Assembly (NCBI GenBank): GCA_947629165.1
Contig: CANRCR010000001.1
Coordinates: forward strand, 12,729-76,728
Reading direction: 5' to 3'
From: an uncultured Bacilli bacterium
Lineage (GTDB): Bacteria; Bacillota_I; Bacilli_A; RF39; UBA660
DNA length: 64,000 nt
Shown: in pieces, positions 9,700-19,445 of the stretch
Layout of the letters: the number at the start of each line of letters is the position of its first letter
How positions within the stretch are numbered: the first letter of the stretch is position 1
Notes under the pieces: generated by a model
What the model saw: only the letters and a program-made list of their open reading frames with translations
Databases searched by the model: none
What the model was told of the DNA's origin: nothing
Position numbers and translations under genes: made by a program

Positions 9700-10815
9700 A
9701 TGAATGAAAAAATAAAAACATTAGCACATACGATTGTACATTATTCGATTAATGTACAACCAAATGAAAAAGTATTGATTACTTATCAAACGGAAGAACC
9801 CAAACCTTTAGTAAAGGAACTTATTCGTGAAATTACCGAAGTAGGAGGTATTCCTTTCTATACGATGGCTGATTCTGAAATCGGTAATTTGTTGACTGAA
9901 AAAACGACCAAAGAACGGATTGAAGTATTAAAGAAACAAAAAGAGTTTGAAGTTGATCTTTACGATTCTTTTATTTCTATTTGTTACCGGGTAAATGATT
10001 ACGAAGGACATTTAATCGATAAGGATATCAATCAATCGATTGGGGAAGCTTTAATGAAATCGCAAGATATTCGTATTAACGAACGGAAATGGGTGCTTCT
10101 AAATTATCCATCGGTACTCGATGCGTATAAAGCTTCTATGAAGATTGACGAATTCCGTGATTTTGCTTTTGATGTGATGACCGTGGATTACAGTAAGATG
10201 CAACAAGATATCCGTCCGTTAAAAGAATTGATGGACAAGACCGATAAGGTGCATATCGTGGCTCCCGGGACTGATCTTACTTTTTCGATTAAAGGCATGG
10301 GTAGTATCCCTTGTGTCGGAGATAAAAATATTCCGGATGGAGAACTTTATTCGGCTCCTGTTCGCGATAGTGTTAATGGGACGATTACTTACAATACACC
10401 GAGTCCTTATCAAGGTATGATTTTCCAACATGTAAAATTAACTTTTAAAGATGGTAAAATTATTGAAGCGGAAGCCGATAGTCATAACGAAGAGTTAAAT
10501 GAAATATTCAATACGGATGAAGGTGCTCGGTATGTCGGTGAGTTCTCGCTCGGTTTTAATCCGAAGATTCGTTATCCGATGGGCGATATCTTGTACGATG
10601 AAAAGATTCTAGGAAGTTTGCATTTTACTCCTGGACGTGCCTACAAGGATTGTTACAATGGCAATGATTCGGCTATTCACTGGGATATGGTGTTGATTCA
10701 ACGTAAAGATTATGGAGGCGGAGAAATCTACTTTGACGATGTTTTAATTCGTAAAGATGGTGTTTTTGTTCTTCCTGAATTAGAACCATTAAATTATGGT
10801 TATAAAAACGATTAA
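9700..10815 (+). CDS. aminopeptidase, M29 (AmpS/PepS) family
   Basis: 371 aa. The N-terminal LAHTIVHYSINVQPNEKVLI and the overall pattern are typical of thermophilic-metalloprotease (M29) aminopeptidases. GGTGAGGAG RBS; TGTGTTATAAT extended -10 at 9667-9676. Confidence 0.8.
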   Translation: MNEKIKTLAHTIVHYSINVQPNEKVLITYQTEEPKPLVKELIREITEVGGIPFYTMADSEIGNLLTEKTTKERIEVLKKQKEFEVDLYDSFISICYRVNDYEGHLIDKDINQSIGEALMKSQDIRINERKWVLLNYPSVLDAYKASMKIDEFRDFAFDVMTVDYSKMQQDIRPLKELMDKTDKVHIVAPGTDLTFSIKGMGSIPCVGDKNIPDGELYSAPVRDSVNGTITYNTPSPYQGMIFQHVKLTFKDGKIIEAEADSHNEELNEIFNTDEGARYVGEFSLGFNPKIRYPMGDILYDEKILGSLHFTPGRAYKDCYNGNDSAIHWDMVLIQRKDYGGGEIYFDDVLIRKDGVFVLPELEPLNYGYKND

Positions 10816-10832
10816 AGAAAAGAGGTATTTAA

Positions 10833-11033
10833 ATGAAAGAAGTTGTTTTAAAAGTGGACGGGATGCATTGTGCAGGATGTGAAAATCGCATTCAGAATGC
10901 AGTATCTCTAATCGATGGAGTAACGAAGGTTCAAGCCGATCATACTAATGGCGAAGTAAAAGTTACAATGGAAAAAGAAGTGCTTGACCAAGTAAAAGAG
11001 AAGATTCAAGATCTTGACTTTCAAGTAAAATAA
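10833..11033 (+). CDS. heavy-metal-associated domain protein (CopZ-like metallochaperone)
   Basis: 66 aa with a GMHCAGC (MxCxxC) metal-binding motif in a beta-alpha-beta-beta-alpha-beta sized protein. Confidence 0.85.
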   Translation: MKEVVLKVDGMHCAGCENRIQNAVSLIDGVTKVQADHTNGEVKVTMEKEVLDQVKEKIQDLDFQVK

Positions 11034-11054
11034 AAAAGCCGTAGGGCTTTTTTT
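11032..11054. terminator. bidirectional intrinsic terminator
   Basis: AAAAAAGCC GTAG GGCTTTTTTT between convergent genes. Confidence 0.8.
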
Positions 11055-11979
11055 ATTGGTTTACAACGCGGAATAAGTTAATACTCGGTCGATTAAAAAG
11101 ACGAAATTTATAGTTACTCGTTCCTAATCCACCAGAAATATAAAGATCGGTATCTTTTACACGGTAGTAGGGTTCATTGTATTTCTTGGCTCCTTTTACC
11201 GTTACAATTGGAGGTAAGAAGGGGATGCGAACTTGTCCATTATGGGAGTGTCCCGCTAGGGCTAAATCGACGTTGTATTTGGCTAGAATCGAAGTGATAT
11301 CATCCGGTTCGTGAAATAGACTAATCGTAAAAATATTCTTTTTACTATCTTCTTGTTTAAAATAAGAAAAGGCCTGATCAATATCATTTTGGTACTGTCC
11401 ACTATCACTCATACCGGTAATTAAAATTGGATCGTACCCTTGATAATAAATAAGATCATAGGTATTATCGAGATATTGGAAACCGCCTTCTTCGATGATT
11501 TGTCGAAATCCATCGTAGAGATAATCGTGATTTCCACTTACGGCATATTTTCCAATCTTGGCTTCCATTTGGGACAACGCGGTCTTTACTTCATTTGTTA
11601 CTTCTTCGGTAACATTGGTATCTTTATCGATTAAGTCTCCGGTAAAAACTAAAATATCTGGTCTTAACTCATTAATCTTTTTTACTAAGTTTTGTAAATA
11701 CGCGTTATCGATGGTCGACCCATAGTGTAAATCTGAAAATTGAACTATTTTTAATCCGTAAAAGGATGCCGGTAATTTACTGTTTTCTACTTTGTATTCT
11801 CGTACGACTAGGCCACTTGTTGCAATAAAACGACTGTAGTAGAGTAGTGCAAAAATTGCAAGAATGGCACCTACTATACCTATCATAATTTTCTTTTTTT
11901 GTTTCTTTTTCTTTTCTTTTTCTCGTACTTCTTGTTCCTCTTTTTCTTTTTGAAGAGTGCGTTCTTCTCGACTCATCAT
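11053..11979 (-). CDS. membrane-anchored metallophosphoesterase (YkuE/calcineurin-like)
   Basis: Lys/Glu-rich N-terminus plus a TM helix. Phosphoesterase motifs SDLHYG, GDLIDK, GNHDY, GHSHNGQ. Confidence 0.85.
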   Translation of the reverse strand: MMSREERTLQKEKEEQEVREKEKKKKQKKKIMIGIVGAILAIFALLYYSRFIATSGLVVREYKVENSKLPASFYGLKIVQFSDLHYGSTIDNAYLQNLVKKINELRPDILVFTGDLIDKDTNVTEEVTNEVKTALSQMEAKIGKYAVSGNHDYLYDGFRQIIEEGGFQYLDNTYDLIYYQGYDPILITGMSDSGQYQNDIDQAFSYFKQEDSKKNIFTISLFHEPDDITSILAKYNVDLALAGHSHNGQVRIPFLPPIVTVKGAKKYNEPYYRVKDTDLYISGGLGTSNYKFRLFNRPSINLFRVVNQ

Positions 11980-12914
11980 AAGAAAATCACCATACCTACA
12001 AAGATGGAAGCTGATGTTAGAATGGCGTTATGAATAAAGTGCATGATAATGGAGGTATAGACGTTATTGGTATCTTCTAACATATAAGCAAAAGAACATC
12101 CTAAGGCACTATATGGAATAATTAGGAATAGATCCCAAAAAGAAGTTAAGGTAGGAACTACATGAAGTCCTCCAAAGACGAGACCGGAAGTAAGAATAAA
12201 TAACCATTTCGTTTTAAAAACATCGCGGAAGGCTTTTCGAAAGGTTAATTCTTCGATGACCGGTGCTAGAATTGCCGCACATATAAAAGTGAGTAGTGGG
12301 GTTTGATCAATCATCGCCTGAACACTATTTTCATTGGTAGCCACTGCTTGTGGAATAAACCAATTAATAAGTAGGTTCGATACAATCATAATCATTAATC
12401 CGACGAACCAATAACGAATCGCTTTATCCATAATGGGATTAAAGTCTTTAACTAGTTTTTTAAAATCTGCTTTAAGTTCTTTCCAATATAATAGAATTAA
12501 AATAATTAAGCCACAACCATCTCCAAAAAGAGTAAGATACATGGCGTTAGTCGTACTGATATTATTTAAATCGATATGAAATAGATAAACCGGAATTAAT
12601 TGAAATAATACCGATAAAAAGAACAGTACGATTACAAAAAAACTTTTTGGGAATTTTTTAATATTTAAGGCGCCTCTTAATATAAAGTAGTTATAGATAC
12701 TTTCAATGACGATGGTAGGAACTACTACGAACCAGTTTAAATCGTATTTTAAACTATTAATTAAGATGAGCGAGAAGATAAAGGAAATAATCATCCAAAA
12801 AAAGGATAAGAGAAAAGATAACAACTGATCTTTATCGGCAATTCCTTTATATTTTAATATAAGAAAGGGTAACATTGTCATTAGAGAGGCAATGCCAAAA
12901 TTAAAAAAACTCAT
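11976..12914 (-). CDS. CPBP family intramembrane glutamic endopeptidase (CAAX protease-like)
   Basis: Multi-TM protein with EELTFRKAF, FGGLHV and HFIHN motifs. Overlaps the downstream gene by 4 nt. Confidence 0.8.
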   Translation of the reverse strand: MSFFNFGIASLMTMLPFLILKYKGIADKDQLLSFLLSFFWMIISFIFSLILINSLKYDLNWFVVVPTIVIESIYNYFILRGALNIKKFPKSFFVIVLFFLSVLFQLIPVYLFHIDLNNISTTNAMYLTLFGDGCGLIILILLYWKELKADFKKLVKDFNPIMDKAIRYWFVGLMIMIVSNLLINWFIPQAVATNENSVQAMIDQTPLLTFICAAILAPVIEELTFRKAFRDVFKTKWLFILTSGLVFGGLHVVPTLTSFWDLFLIIPYSALGCSFAYMLEDTNNVYTSIIMHFIHNAILTSASIFVGMVIFL

Positions 12915-12983
12915 TTTATCACCTTCTATAGTTTATGAATTCATTATACCATGTTATACGGGAAAAAGAATAGCGAATTTCAT

Positions 12984-13009
12984 TAAAAAAAAGAAACGTT
13001 AGTTTCTTT
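12984..13009 (-). terminator. intrinsic terminator of the PPIase gene
   Basis: On the minus strand: AAGAAAC TAAC GTTTCTT followed by TTTTTTT. Confidence 0.75.
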
Positions 13010-13629
13010 TAATCGATTACACGAATGGCGGTTATAATCGGTTGATTTTCTTTTTTTACCGTTCCATTATTGTCTTCTACTGGAGTCTCTTCGGCAATTT
13101 TATCAACGATATCCATCCCTTCGGTAACGTGACCGAAGGCAGCGTAACTACCATCGAGATAAGTACTATCTTCCTGAACAATAAAGAATTGACTCAAAGC
13201 CGAATTCATGGTGCTTTCTGTTTCGGGATTGCCACCTCTTCTGGCCATTGAAATGGTACCTCGCACATGTGATATTTTGTTTTCTACGCCATTGAGTGCA
13301 AATTCTCCTTTAATATTATTTTTACTTCCACCCGTACCATTTCCTAAAGGATCTCCTCCTTGAATCATGAAACCTTCGATGACGCGATGAAAAGTAAGTC
13401 CATCATAGAATCCACTTTTGGCGAGATCTATAAAATTGGTTACGGTAATGGGTGCCGTATCTGCATCGAGTTCCACTTTAATCGTTCCATAATCTTTTAC
13501 CTCGATTTCGACATGGTGTGTTCCATCTAAGTACGTTGGGGTATTATTTTCTTCTATCTTATTTCCACATCCTGTAAAAGAAAATAAAAGAAAGAGAAGA
13601 CAGAAACTGTAAGTAATAATTTTTTTCAT
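13009..13629 (-). CDS. peptidyl-prolyl cis-trans isomerase, cyclophilin type, lipoprotein
   Basis: Signal peptide ending FTGC (lipobox-like). Cyclophilin core FHRVIEGFMIQGGDP...GTISMAR...SQFFI. Confidence 0.9.
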   Translation of the reverse strand: MKKIITYSFCLLFLLFSFTGCGNKIEENNTPTYLDGTHHVEIEVKDYGTIKVELDADTAPITVTNFIDLAKSGFYDGLTFHRVIEGFMIQGGDPLGNGTGGSKNNIKGEFALNGVENKISHVRGTISMARRGGNPETESTMNSALSQFFIVQEDSTYLDGSYAAFGHVTEGMDIVDKIAEETPVEDNNGTVKKENQPIITAIRVID

Positions 13630-13685
13630 ATTATCCTCCTTTAATTCTTTTTCATTGTATCATAGATAGGAAAATAAAAAAAGGG

Positions 13686-13714
13686 TGGACTTTTCTTTTT
13701 ACCATTGTTATAAT
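13686..13714 (+). promoter_or_regulatory. sigma-A promoter of the rimP-nusA-infB operon
   Basis: TGGACT (13686-13691), 17 nt spacer, TATAAT (13709-13714) preceded by TGT (extended -10). Confidence 0.6.
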
Positions 13715-13725
13715 ATAGGTGCAAC

Positions 13726-13755
13726 GGAGTGGAAAAACCACTCCTATCGTTTTGT
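13726..13755 (+). promoter_or_regulatory. leader hairpin / candidate transcription attenuator upstream of rimP-nusA
   Basis: GGAGTGG (13726-13732) AAAAA CCACTCC (13738-13744) followed by the interrupted U-tract TATCGTTTTGT. Lies between the promoter and the rimP RBS. Confidence 0.5.
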
Positions 13756-13770
13756 ATGGAGGTGTCGAAA

Positions 13771-14022
13771 GTGAAAGAGAAAATCATTTCCCTTGTCGGA
13801 GATAAACTCGATTCATTAGGAGTTACTATCGATGACGCTTATGTGGAGAAAGAAGGAAGCGAAACTTTTTTACGTATCGTTTTGGATCGCGAAGAAGTGA
13901 TTCCTTTAAACACCGTAGTTATGGCTACTCGGATTCTTAATCCAATTATCGATAAGGTACCGGATTTAGTCGAAGGAACTTACATCTTAGACGTCTATGC
14001 AAAAGAAAAAGGAGATAAGTAA
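13771..14022 (+). CDS. rimP: ribosome maturation factor RimP, N-terminal domain only (83 aa)
   Basis: GTG 13771 lies 8 nt after GGAGG (13758-13762). VEKEGSETFLRIVLD...YILDV aligns by eye to the RimP N-domain. The ORF stops 1 nt before the nusA ATG, so the C-terminal domain is absent. Confidence 0.65.
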   Translation: MKEKIISLVGDKLDSLGVTIDDAYVEKEGSETFLRIVLDREEVIPLNTVVMATRILNPIIDKVPDLVEGTYILDVYAKEKGDK

Positions 14023-14023
14023 A

Positions 14024-15166
14024 ATGAATGGGAAAGAATTTTTAGAAGCTGTTAAAACAGTTGAAAAAGAAAAAGGCATTCCACAAGAAGATATTTTTGA
14101 ATATATGGAACAAGCCTTGACCGCTGCTTATAAGAAAGAGTATGGCGTACCGAATGGAAAAGTTGTTATTAATAAGGAAACTGGCGATATCAAAGTTTAT
14201 TCTTATTTGACAATTGTTCCAGATGAAAAGAAAGATATGGATTACGATACGTTAAATGAAAATCCAGAATACGATGAAAATGGGGAACCAATCGAAGTAT
14301 TGGAATTTGATCCAGAACTTGAAATTACGTTAAGTGATGCTTTAAAGATTGATCGTTTTGCCGAAGTAGGTGGAACCATCGATACCGAAGTAACTCCAAA
14401 AGATTTTGGAAGAGTAGCTACTTCGACAGCAAAACAAGTTTTAATTCAAAAGATTCGCGAACGGGAAAGAAGTGCTATTGCCGAAGATTTTGCCGATAAG
14501 AAAGATGAATTGTTAGTCGGTACCGTCGAATTAGAAGATACGGATAATTACTTTATTAATTTAGGTAGAAGTAATGGAATTCTTCCAAAGAAAGATTGTA
14601 TTCCTGGAGAGAAAATTGAAATGGGAAAACAAATTAAAGTTTACGTTAGTAAAGTAGATACCCAAGGAAAAGGCGTACTCATTTTATTATCTCGTACACA
14701 TTATGGATTTGTAAAACGTTTATTTGAACATGAAATACCGGAATTAGCCGATGGAACGGTTCTTCTTTACAGTGTTGCAAGAGAAGCCGGTGTAAGAAGT
14801 AAAGTAGCGGTTTATTCAGAAAATCCAAATGTCGATCCAATCGGTGCATGCATTGGTGAAAAGGGTAGTCGCGTAGCACGTATTATCAGTGAACTTAACG
14901 GAGAAAAACTCGATATCGTTCGTTACGATAAAGATCCTGCCGTATTTATTGCCAATGCTTTAAGTCCCGCTAAAAACTTAAGTGTTTTAATTACGGATCC
15001 AAAGAAAGAAGAAGCAATTGTCGTAGCAGATGATGATAATTTTTCTCTTGCCATTGGTCGAAAAGGATACAATGCGCGTCTTGCTTCTCGGCTTACACAT
15101 TATAAAATTGATATTAAAAATTATCAACAAGCAAAAGAATGTGGCATCAATTTAAGAAGTGAGTAG
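14024..15166 (+). CDS. nusA: transcription termination/antitermination factor NusA
   Basis: ATG 14024 follows a GGAG RBS. N-terminal domain, S1 and two KH regions (GACIGEKGSRVARI, AIGRKGYNARLASRL). Confidence 0.95.
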   Translation: MNGKEFLEAVKTVEKEKGIPQEDIFEYMEQALTAAYKKEYGVPNGKVVINKETGDIKVYSYLTIVPDEKKDMDYDTLNENPEYDENGEPIEVLEFDPELEITLSDALKIDRFAEVGGTIDTEVTPKDFGRVATSTAKQVLIQKIRERERSAIAEDFADKKDELLVGTVELEDTDNYFINLGRSNGILPKKDCIPGEKIEMGKQIKVYVSKVDTQGKGVLILLSRTHYGFVKRLFEHEIPELADGTVLLYSVAREAGVRSKVAVYSENPNVDPIGACIGEKGSRVARIISELNGEKLDIVRYDKDPAVFIANALSPAKNLSVLITDPKKEEAIVVADDDNFSLAIGRKGYNARLASRLTHYKIDIKNYQQAKECGINLRSE

Positions 15167-15175
15167 GAGGTGTCT

Positions 15176-15442
15176 ATGAAACCCAAAAAGGTACCTTTAA
15201 GAACTTGTTCGGTAACCCGAGAAAAGTTGCCTAAACAAGAATTATTACGAATTGTGCGGATACCGGAGGGGACGGTGGAAATCGATTTAGTTGGTAAGAA
15301 AAATGGACGAGGTGCATATATTAAAAAAGACCTTTCTGTTTTGGCAAAGGCTAAGAAAAGTAAAATTTTGGAGAAAAATTTAGAAGTTTCCATTGATGAT
15401 ACGGTGTACGAAGAAATTGAAAAAATAATCAAGGGAGAATAG
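15176..15442 (+). CDS. ylxR: YlxR/RnpM family RNA-binding protein (DUF448)
   Basis: PLRTCSVTREKLPKQELLRIV...GRGAYI signature. GGAGGTG RBS. Conserved position after nusA. Confidence 0.9.
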   Translation: MKPKKVPLRTCSVTREKLPKQELLRIVRIPEGTVEIDLVGKKNGRGAYIKKDLSVLAKAKKSKILEKNLEVSIDDTVYEEIEKIIKGE

Positions 15443-15444
15443 TT

Positions 15445-15957
15445 ATGGTTGAAAATATAAAAGAAATGGATCAAGCTTTTGGTTCACGTCCCACTTGGGA
15501 TGAATACTTTATGGCAATGGCAGAACTTGCTAGTACGCGTAGTACTTGCCGGAGACAGGTAGGAGCGGTTATTACTAAAAATAATGAAATTGTTTCGATC
15601 GGTTATAACGGAGCACCGAAAGGACTTGCTCATTGTAGTCAATTAGGTGGATGCCTACGGATGAAAAATAATATTCCTTCCGGAACGAGACAAGAATTTT
15701 GTAGAGCAGTTCATGCGGAACAAAATGCTATTGTTCAAGCTGCCAAACAGGGAGTATCGATTCTAGGAGGTACGCTTTACGTGACCACTTATCCTTGTTC
15801 CATTTGTGCTCGTATGATTATTAACAGTGAATTAAAACGCATTGTTTATGCGGGCGATTACATGGATGATAATTCGAAAGCAATGCTTAATGAAAGTGGT
15901 ATTGCTATTGAACAATTCCGTCCTGAAAAACGATTAATTATGATTATGAAAAATTAA
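15445..15957 (+). CDS. comEB: dCMP deaminase (ComEB-type cytidine/deoxycytidylate deaminase)
   Basis: Zinc motifs HAEQNAI and PCSICARMI; 170 aa. Confidence 0.88.
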   Translation: MVENIKEMDQAFGSRPTWDEYFMAMAELASTRSTCRRQVGAVITKNNEIVSIGYNGAPKGLAHCSQLGGCLRMKNNIPSGTRQEFCRAVHAEQNAIVQAAKQGVSILGGTLYVTTYPCSICARMIINSELKRIVYAGDYMDDNSKAMLNESGIAIEQFRPEKRLIMIMKN

Positions 15958-15975
15958 AAAGGTAGGTGATTTAAT

Positions 15976-18105
15976 ATGATGAATGTTTTAGAATACGCAG
16001 AAGATGTAGCGAAGAGCGTCGATGAAATTTTAGAACTTTGTCAAAAGTTATCCATTTCCGTGGAAGATGAAAATACCGTGTTGAGCGACGATGATATCAC
16101 GTTACTCGATAATGAAATTCAAAATAATAGCAGTGAAGATACGGATACTGAACTAGATTTAGAACGTCTCGAAGAAGAGGAACTTGAAGATAAAGCAGAG
16201 AGTATTGCTGCTTCGATGATGGACATGGAAGAAACGGTAACTAAAAATGTTAAAATTAAAAAACAACCCGTTAAAAACGATAACAAAACCGAATTTTTAA
16301 AAGATAAGAAAAAGATGTACAAACATCGTGAAAAATTAAAAACAAACGAAAATGAAGTAAATGAAGATTACGTCGTTTATAAAGAAGGAATGACGGTTTC
16401 TGATCTTGCTAATGAACTAAAGGTACCCGCTGCCGAATTAATTAAAAAATTATTTAGTTTAGGAGTTATGACTACCTTAAATAATTCGGTTGCCTATGAT
16501 GTTGCTGAACTTTTAGTAGTCGATTACGATAAAACTTTAAAACGCGAAGAAGCGGTCGATATTACGAATTTTGAACAGTACGAAATTATCGATCGAAGTG
16601 ATGATTTGAAAGATCGTCCACCGGTAGTAACGATTATGGGACATGTCGATCATGGAAAGACGTCGTTACTCGATTATATTCGTAAAACGGATGTCGTAGG
16701 GGGCGAAGCAGGAGGTATTACGCAAGCTATCGGTGCTTATCAGATTTCTTACAACGATAAAAAGATAACCTTTATTGATACGCCAGGACATGAAGCTTTT
16801 ACGGAAATGCGTGCTCGTGGAGCTAGTGTTACCGATATCGTAATTATTATCGTTGCCGCGGATGATGGTATCATGCCACAAACAGTCGAAGCGATCGATC
16901 ATGCGAAAGCAGCGAATGTTCCTATTATTGTAGCTATTAATAAAATGGATGTACCGAATGCTAATCCCGATCGTGTTTTAACCGAATTAGTAGAACACGG
17001 ATTAACTCCAGAAGAGTGGGGTGGCGATACACTCGTAAATCGTATTTCTGCTAAAACAGGAGAAGGCGTTAATGACTTACTCGATACGATTTTGTTAGTT
17101 GCCGAAATGAAAGAGTTAAAAGCAAATCCATCGCGGTATGCTACCGGAACGGTACTCGAAGCTCGACTCGATAAACAAGTTGGTTCGATTGTTTCTCTTC
17201 TCATTCAAAATGGAACTCTTCGTCTTGGAGACCCAGTCGTTATCGGAACAACGTATGGTAAGATTCGTTCTTTAAAAAATGATAAAGGACAAAATATTGT
17301 CGAAGCTCTTCCATCGACTCCCGTAGAGGTAACGGGACTTAACCACGTACCTTCGGCAGGAGATAAGTTTATGGCATTTGAAACGGAGAAACAGGCTCGT
17401 AGCGTAGCGGATGAAAGAGCACTAAGAGCAAAAGAAAAAGATACGAATAAATCGGGAATGAGTCTCGAAGAATTATTTGGTGCGATTCAAGAAGGAACCA
17501 AAGAAATTAATGTCATCTTAAAAGCGGATGTCAATGGTAGTCAAGAAGCCGTTAAGAATTCACTTCAAAAAATTAAAGTGGAAGATATTAAAGTAAATGT
17601 GATTCGTAGTGGTGTCGGAACGATTACCGAGAGTGATATCGTTCTTGCTAAAGCAAGTAATGCCATCGTTATCGGATTTAATGTACGTCCTAGTAGCAAG
17701 ACGATGGAAATGGCGAAAGAAAATAATATCGAGATTCGTCTTTACAATATTATTTATAAAGTAGTCGAGGATATGGAACTTGCGATGAAAGGAATGCTCG
17801 AACCACTTTACGAAGAAAAAATGAATGGTATGGCCGAAATTCGTCAAATCTTTAAATTCTCAAAAGTGGGTAATATTGCTGGAAGTCACGTTACGGATGG
17901 CGTTGTTAAAAATGGTAGCGACTGCCGAATTGTTCGTGATGGCGTGGTTATCTATACTGGAAAAATTAAATCGGTTCAACACGAGAAAGATCAAGTTAAA
18001 GAAATTTCGAAAGGAATGGACTGTGGTATTACTTTTGAAAATTATCAAGATATCAAAGAGGGAGACATTATTGAATCCTTCGAAATGGTCGAAATTAAAA
18101 GATAA
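15976..18105 (+). CDS. infB: translation initiation factor IF-2
   Basis: Acidic/Lys-rich N-terminus. G domain [25 protein letters not shown]-terminal domains. Confidence 0.97.
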   Translation: MMNVLEYAEDVAKSVDEILELCQKLSISVEDENTVLSDDDITLLDNEIQNNSSEDTDTELDLERLEEEELEDKAESIAASMMDMEETVTKNVKIKKQPVKNDNKTEFLKDKKKMYKHREKLKTNENEVNEDYVVYKEGMTVSDLANELKVPAAELIKKLFSLGVMTTLNNSVAYDVAELLVVDYDKTLKREEAVDITNFEQYEIIDRSDDLKDRPPVVTIMGHVDHGKTSLLDYIRKTDVVGGEAGGITQAIGAYQISYNDKKITFIDTPGHEAFTEMRARGASVTDIVIIIVAADDGIMPQTVEAIDHAKAANVPIIVAINKMDVPNANPDRVLTELVEHGLTPEEWGGDTLVNRISAKTGEGVNDLLDTILLVAEMKELKANPSRYATGTVLEARLDKQVGSIVSLLIQNGTLRLGDPVVIGTTYGKIRSLKNDKGQNIVEALPSTPVEVTGLNHVPSAGDKFMAFETEKQARSVADERALRAKEKDTNKSGMSLEELFGAIQEGTKEINVILKADVNGSQEAVKNSLQKIKVEDIKVNVIRSGVGTITESDIVLAKASNAIVIGFNVRPSSKTMEMAKENNIEIRLYNIIYKVVEDMELAMKGMLEPLYEEKMNGMAEIRQIFKFSKVGNIAGSHVTDGVVKNGSDCRIVRDGVVIYTGKIKSVQHEKDQVKEISKGMDCGITFENYQDIKEGDIIESFEMVEIKR

Positions 18106-18127
18106 GAGGATTTCCTCTTTTTCTTTT
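18104..18127 (+). terminator. intrinsic terminator after infB
   Basis: AAGAGGA..TCCTCTT hairpin followed by TTTCTTTT. Confidence 0.6.
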
Positions 18128-18154
18128 GAAAGAAATGTAAATTTGTGAAAACCC

Positions 18155-18183
18155 AAGGAAAACAGTAGCGTTCCTTTTTTTCT
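18155..18183 (+). terminator. second hairpin/terminator in the infB-rbfA spacer
   Basis: AAGGAA (18155-18160), 10-nt loop, TTCCTT (18171-18176), then TTTTTT. Confidence 0.5.
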
Positions 18184-18215
18184 TTTGGTACAATTATAGA
18201 AGAGGAGGGATTCTT

Positions 18216-18569
18216 ATGAATCCAATTAAAATTGAACGATTAAATAGTACTTTTGTTAAAGAAATAAGTTCTATTTTACAGACCGAAGTTAAAGATGAAG
18301 AAATTCGTTTTGTAACGGTGACCGATTGTGAAATTACTTCCGATTTAAGTTTTGCGAAAGTATATGTTACTGTTTTTGATGAAGCGAAAAAGGATAGTAC
18401 GTTACAAGCTTTACAAAAAGCGGCTCCTTTTATTCGCAGTGTTTTAAGTCAAAGAATTGAAATCCGTCATACACCGGAATTACGTTTTTTATACGATTCA
18501 TCGATTGCTTATGGAAATCGAATCGAAAATAAAATTAAAGAGTTAAAAGAACAAGAACAAAATAAATAG
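18216..18569 (+). CDS. rbfA: ribosome-binding factor A
   Basis: 117 aa with RbfA pattern (RVNSxxxKEIS-like N-terminus, VTVTDCEITSDLSFAKVYV, PELRFLYD). GAGGAGGG RBS. Confidence 0.92.
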   Translation: MNPIKIERLNSTFVKEISSILQTEVKDEEIRFVTVTDCEITSDLSFAKVYVTVFDEAKKDSTLQALQKAAPFIRSVLSQRIEIRHTPELRFLYDSSIAYGNRIENKIKELKEQEQNK

Positions 18570-18584
18570 GCCGGAAGTGATACG

Positions 18585-19445
18585 ATGAATGGTTTTTTAT
18601 ACATCGATAAACCGAGTGGATTAACGAGTCGCGATGTTGTCAATCAACTTTGTAAAATATATGGAGTTCGTAAGGTGGGACATACGGGAACACTCGATCC
18701 GCTTGCAACAGGTGTTTTAGTTGTCGCTTTTGGAAGAGGAACGAAGTTAATCGAAGAAGTAACGGCTACTCAGAAAGTGTATCAAGCTACGGTTCAATTA
18801 GGAAAAATGACCGACACACTAGATTGTACGGGAAATGTGATTCAAGAAAGTTCTTTTGTCACTCCTAGTAGAAGTGAATTAGAAAAGGTTCTTGCTTCTT
18901 TTCAAGGACCTTCTTTTCAAGAAGTACCACTTTATTCGGCAGTTCGAGTCGAGGGAAGAAGACTGTATGATTATGCTCGAAAGAAGGATTCGGTTACCCT
19001 TCCGAAAAGGGCTATTCATATCTATGAAATCCATTTGTTAGAAGTAACAAAGGATACTTTTTCTTTTCAAGTTCGTGTCAGTAAAGGAACTTATATTCGA
19101 AGTCTCATCCGCGATATAGGAACTATGTTAGGTATTCCTTGTACGATGTCGTCACTCGTTCGAATGAAACAAGGAAACATTGCACTTTCCGATTGTGTTT
19201 CGCTTTCCGATGTTACGAAAGCAACACCTCTTCATTCCTTTGATGAAGTACTTGCTATGTATCCTTCGTATACGGTTTCTAAAGCAGATGAAAAAAGAGT
19301 AATTAATGGGGCAAAAATTACGAATCCATCATATACTGATAAAGTAAGAATCTATAATATGGATCATCAGTTATTGGCCCTTTATCAAGTCGATGAACAT
19401 AATACGGCTTATCTAAAAGTAGCCGTTCTATTGAAGGTGGATTAA
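18585..19445 (+). CDS. truB: tRNA pseudouridine(55) synthase TruB
   Basis: NGFLYIDKPSGLTS...KVGHTGTLDPLATGVL catalytic-Asp motif. Confidence 0.93.
   Translation: MNGFLYIDKPSGLTSRDVVNQLCKIYGVRKVGHTGTLDPLATGVLVVAFGRGTKLIEEVTATQKVYQATVQLGKMTDTLDCTGNVIQESSFVTPSRSELEKVLASFQGPSFQEVPLYSAVRVEGRRLYDYARKKDSVTLPKRAIHIYEIHLLEVTKDTFSFQVRVSKGTYIRSLIRDIGTMLGIPCTMSSLVRMKQGNIALSDCVSLSDVTKATPLHSFDEVLAMYPSYTVSKADEKRVINGAKITNPSYTDKVRIYNMDHQLLALYQVDEHNTAYLKVAVLLKVD

Noticed and set aside
15124-15474. 116 aa minus-strand ORF spanning the nusA end, ylxR and the start of the deaminase gene
   Set aside because: It is antisense to three tightly packed, well-supported genes, and it has no expression signals.
16119-18156. 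Antisense or alternative-frame ORFs within infB (16119..16322, 16666..16902, 16899..17204, 17560..17847, 17825..18148, 17860..18156)
   Set aside because: They are embedded in the strongly supported IF-2 CDS and have no RBS. Their composition is typical of the antisense of an AT-rich coding sequence.
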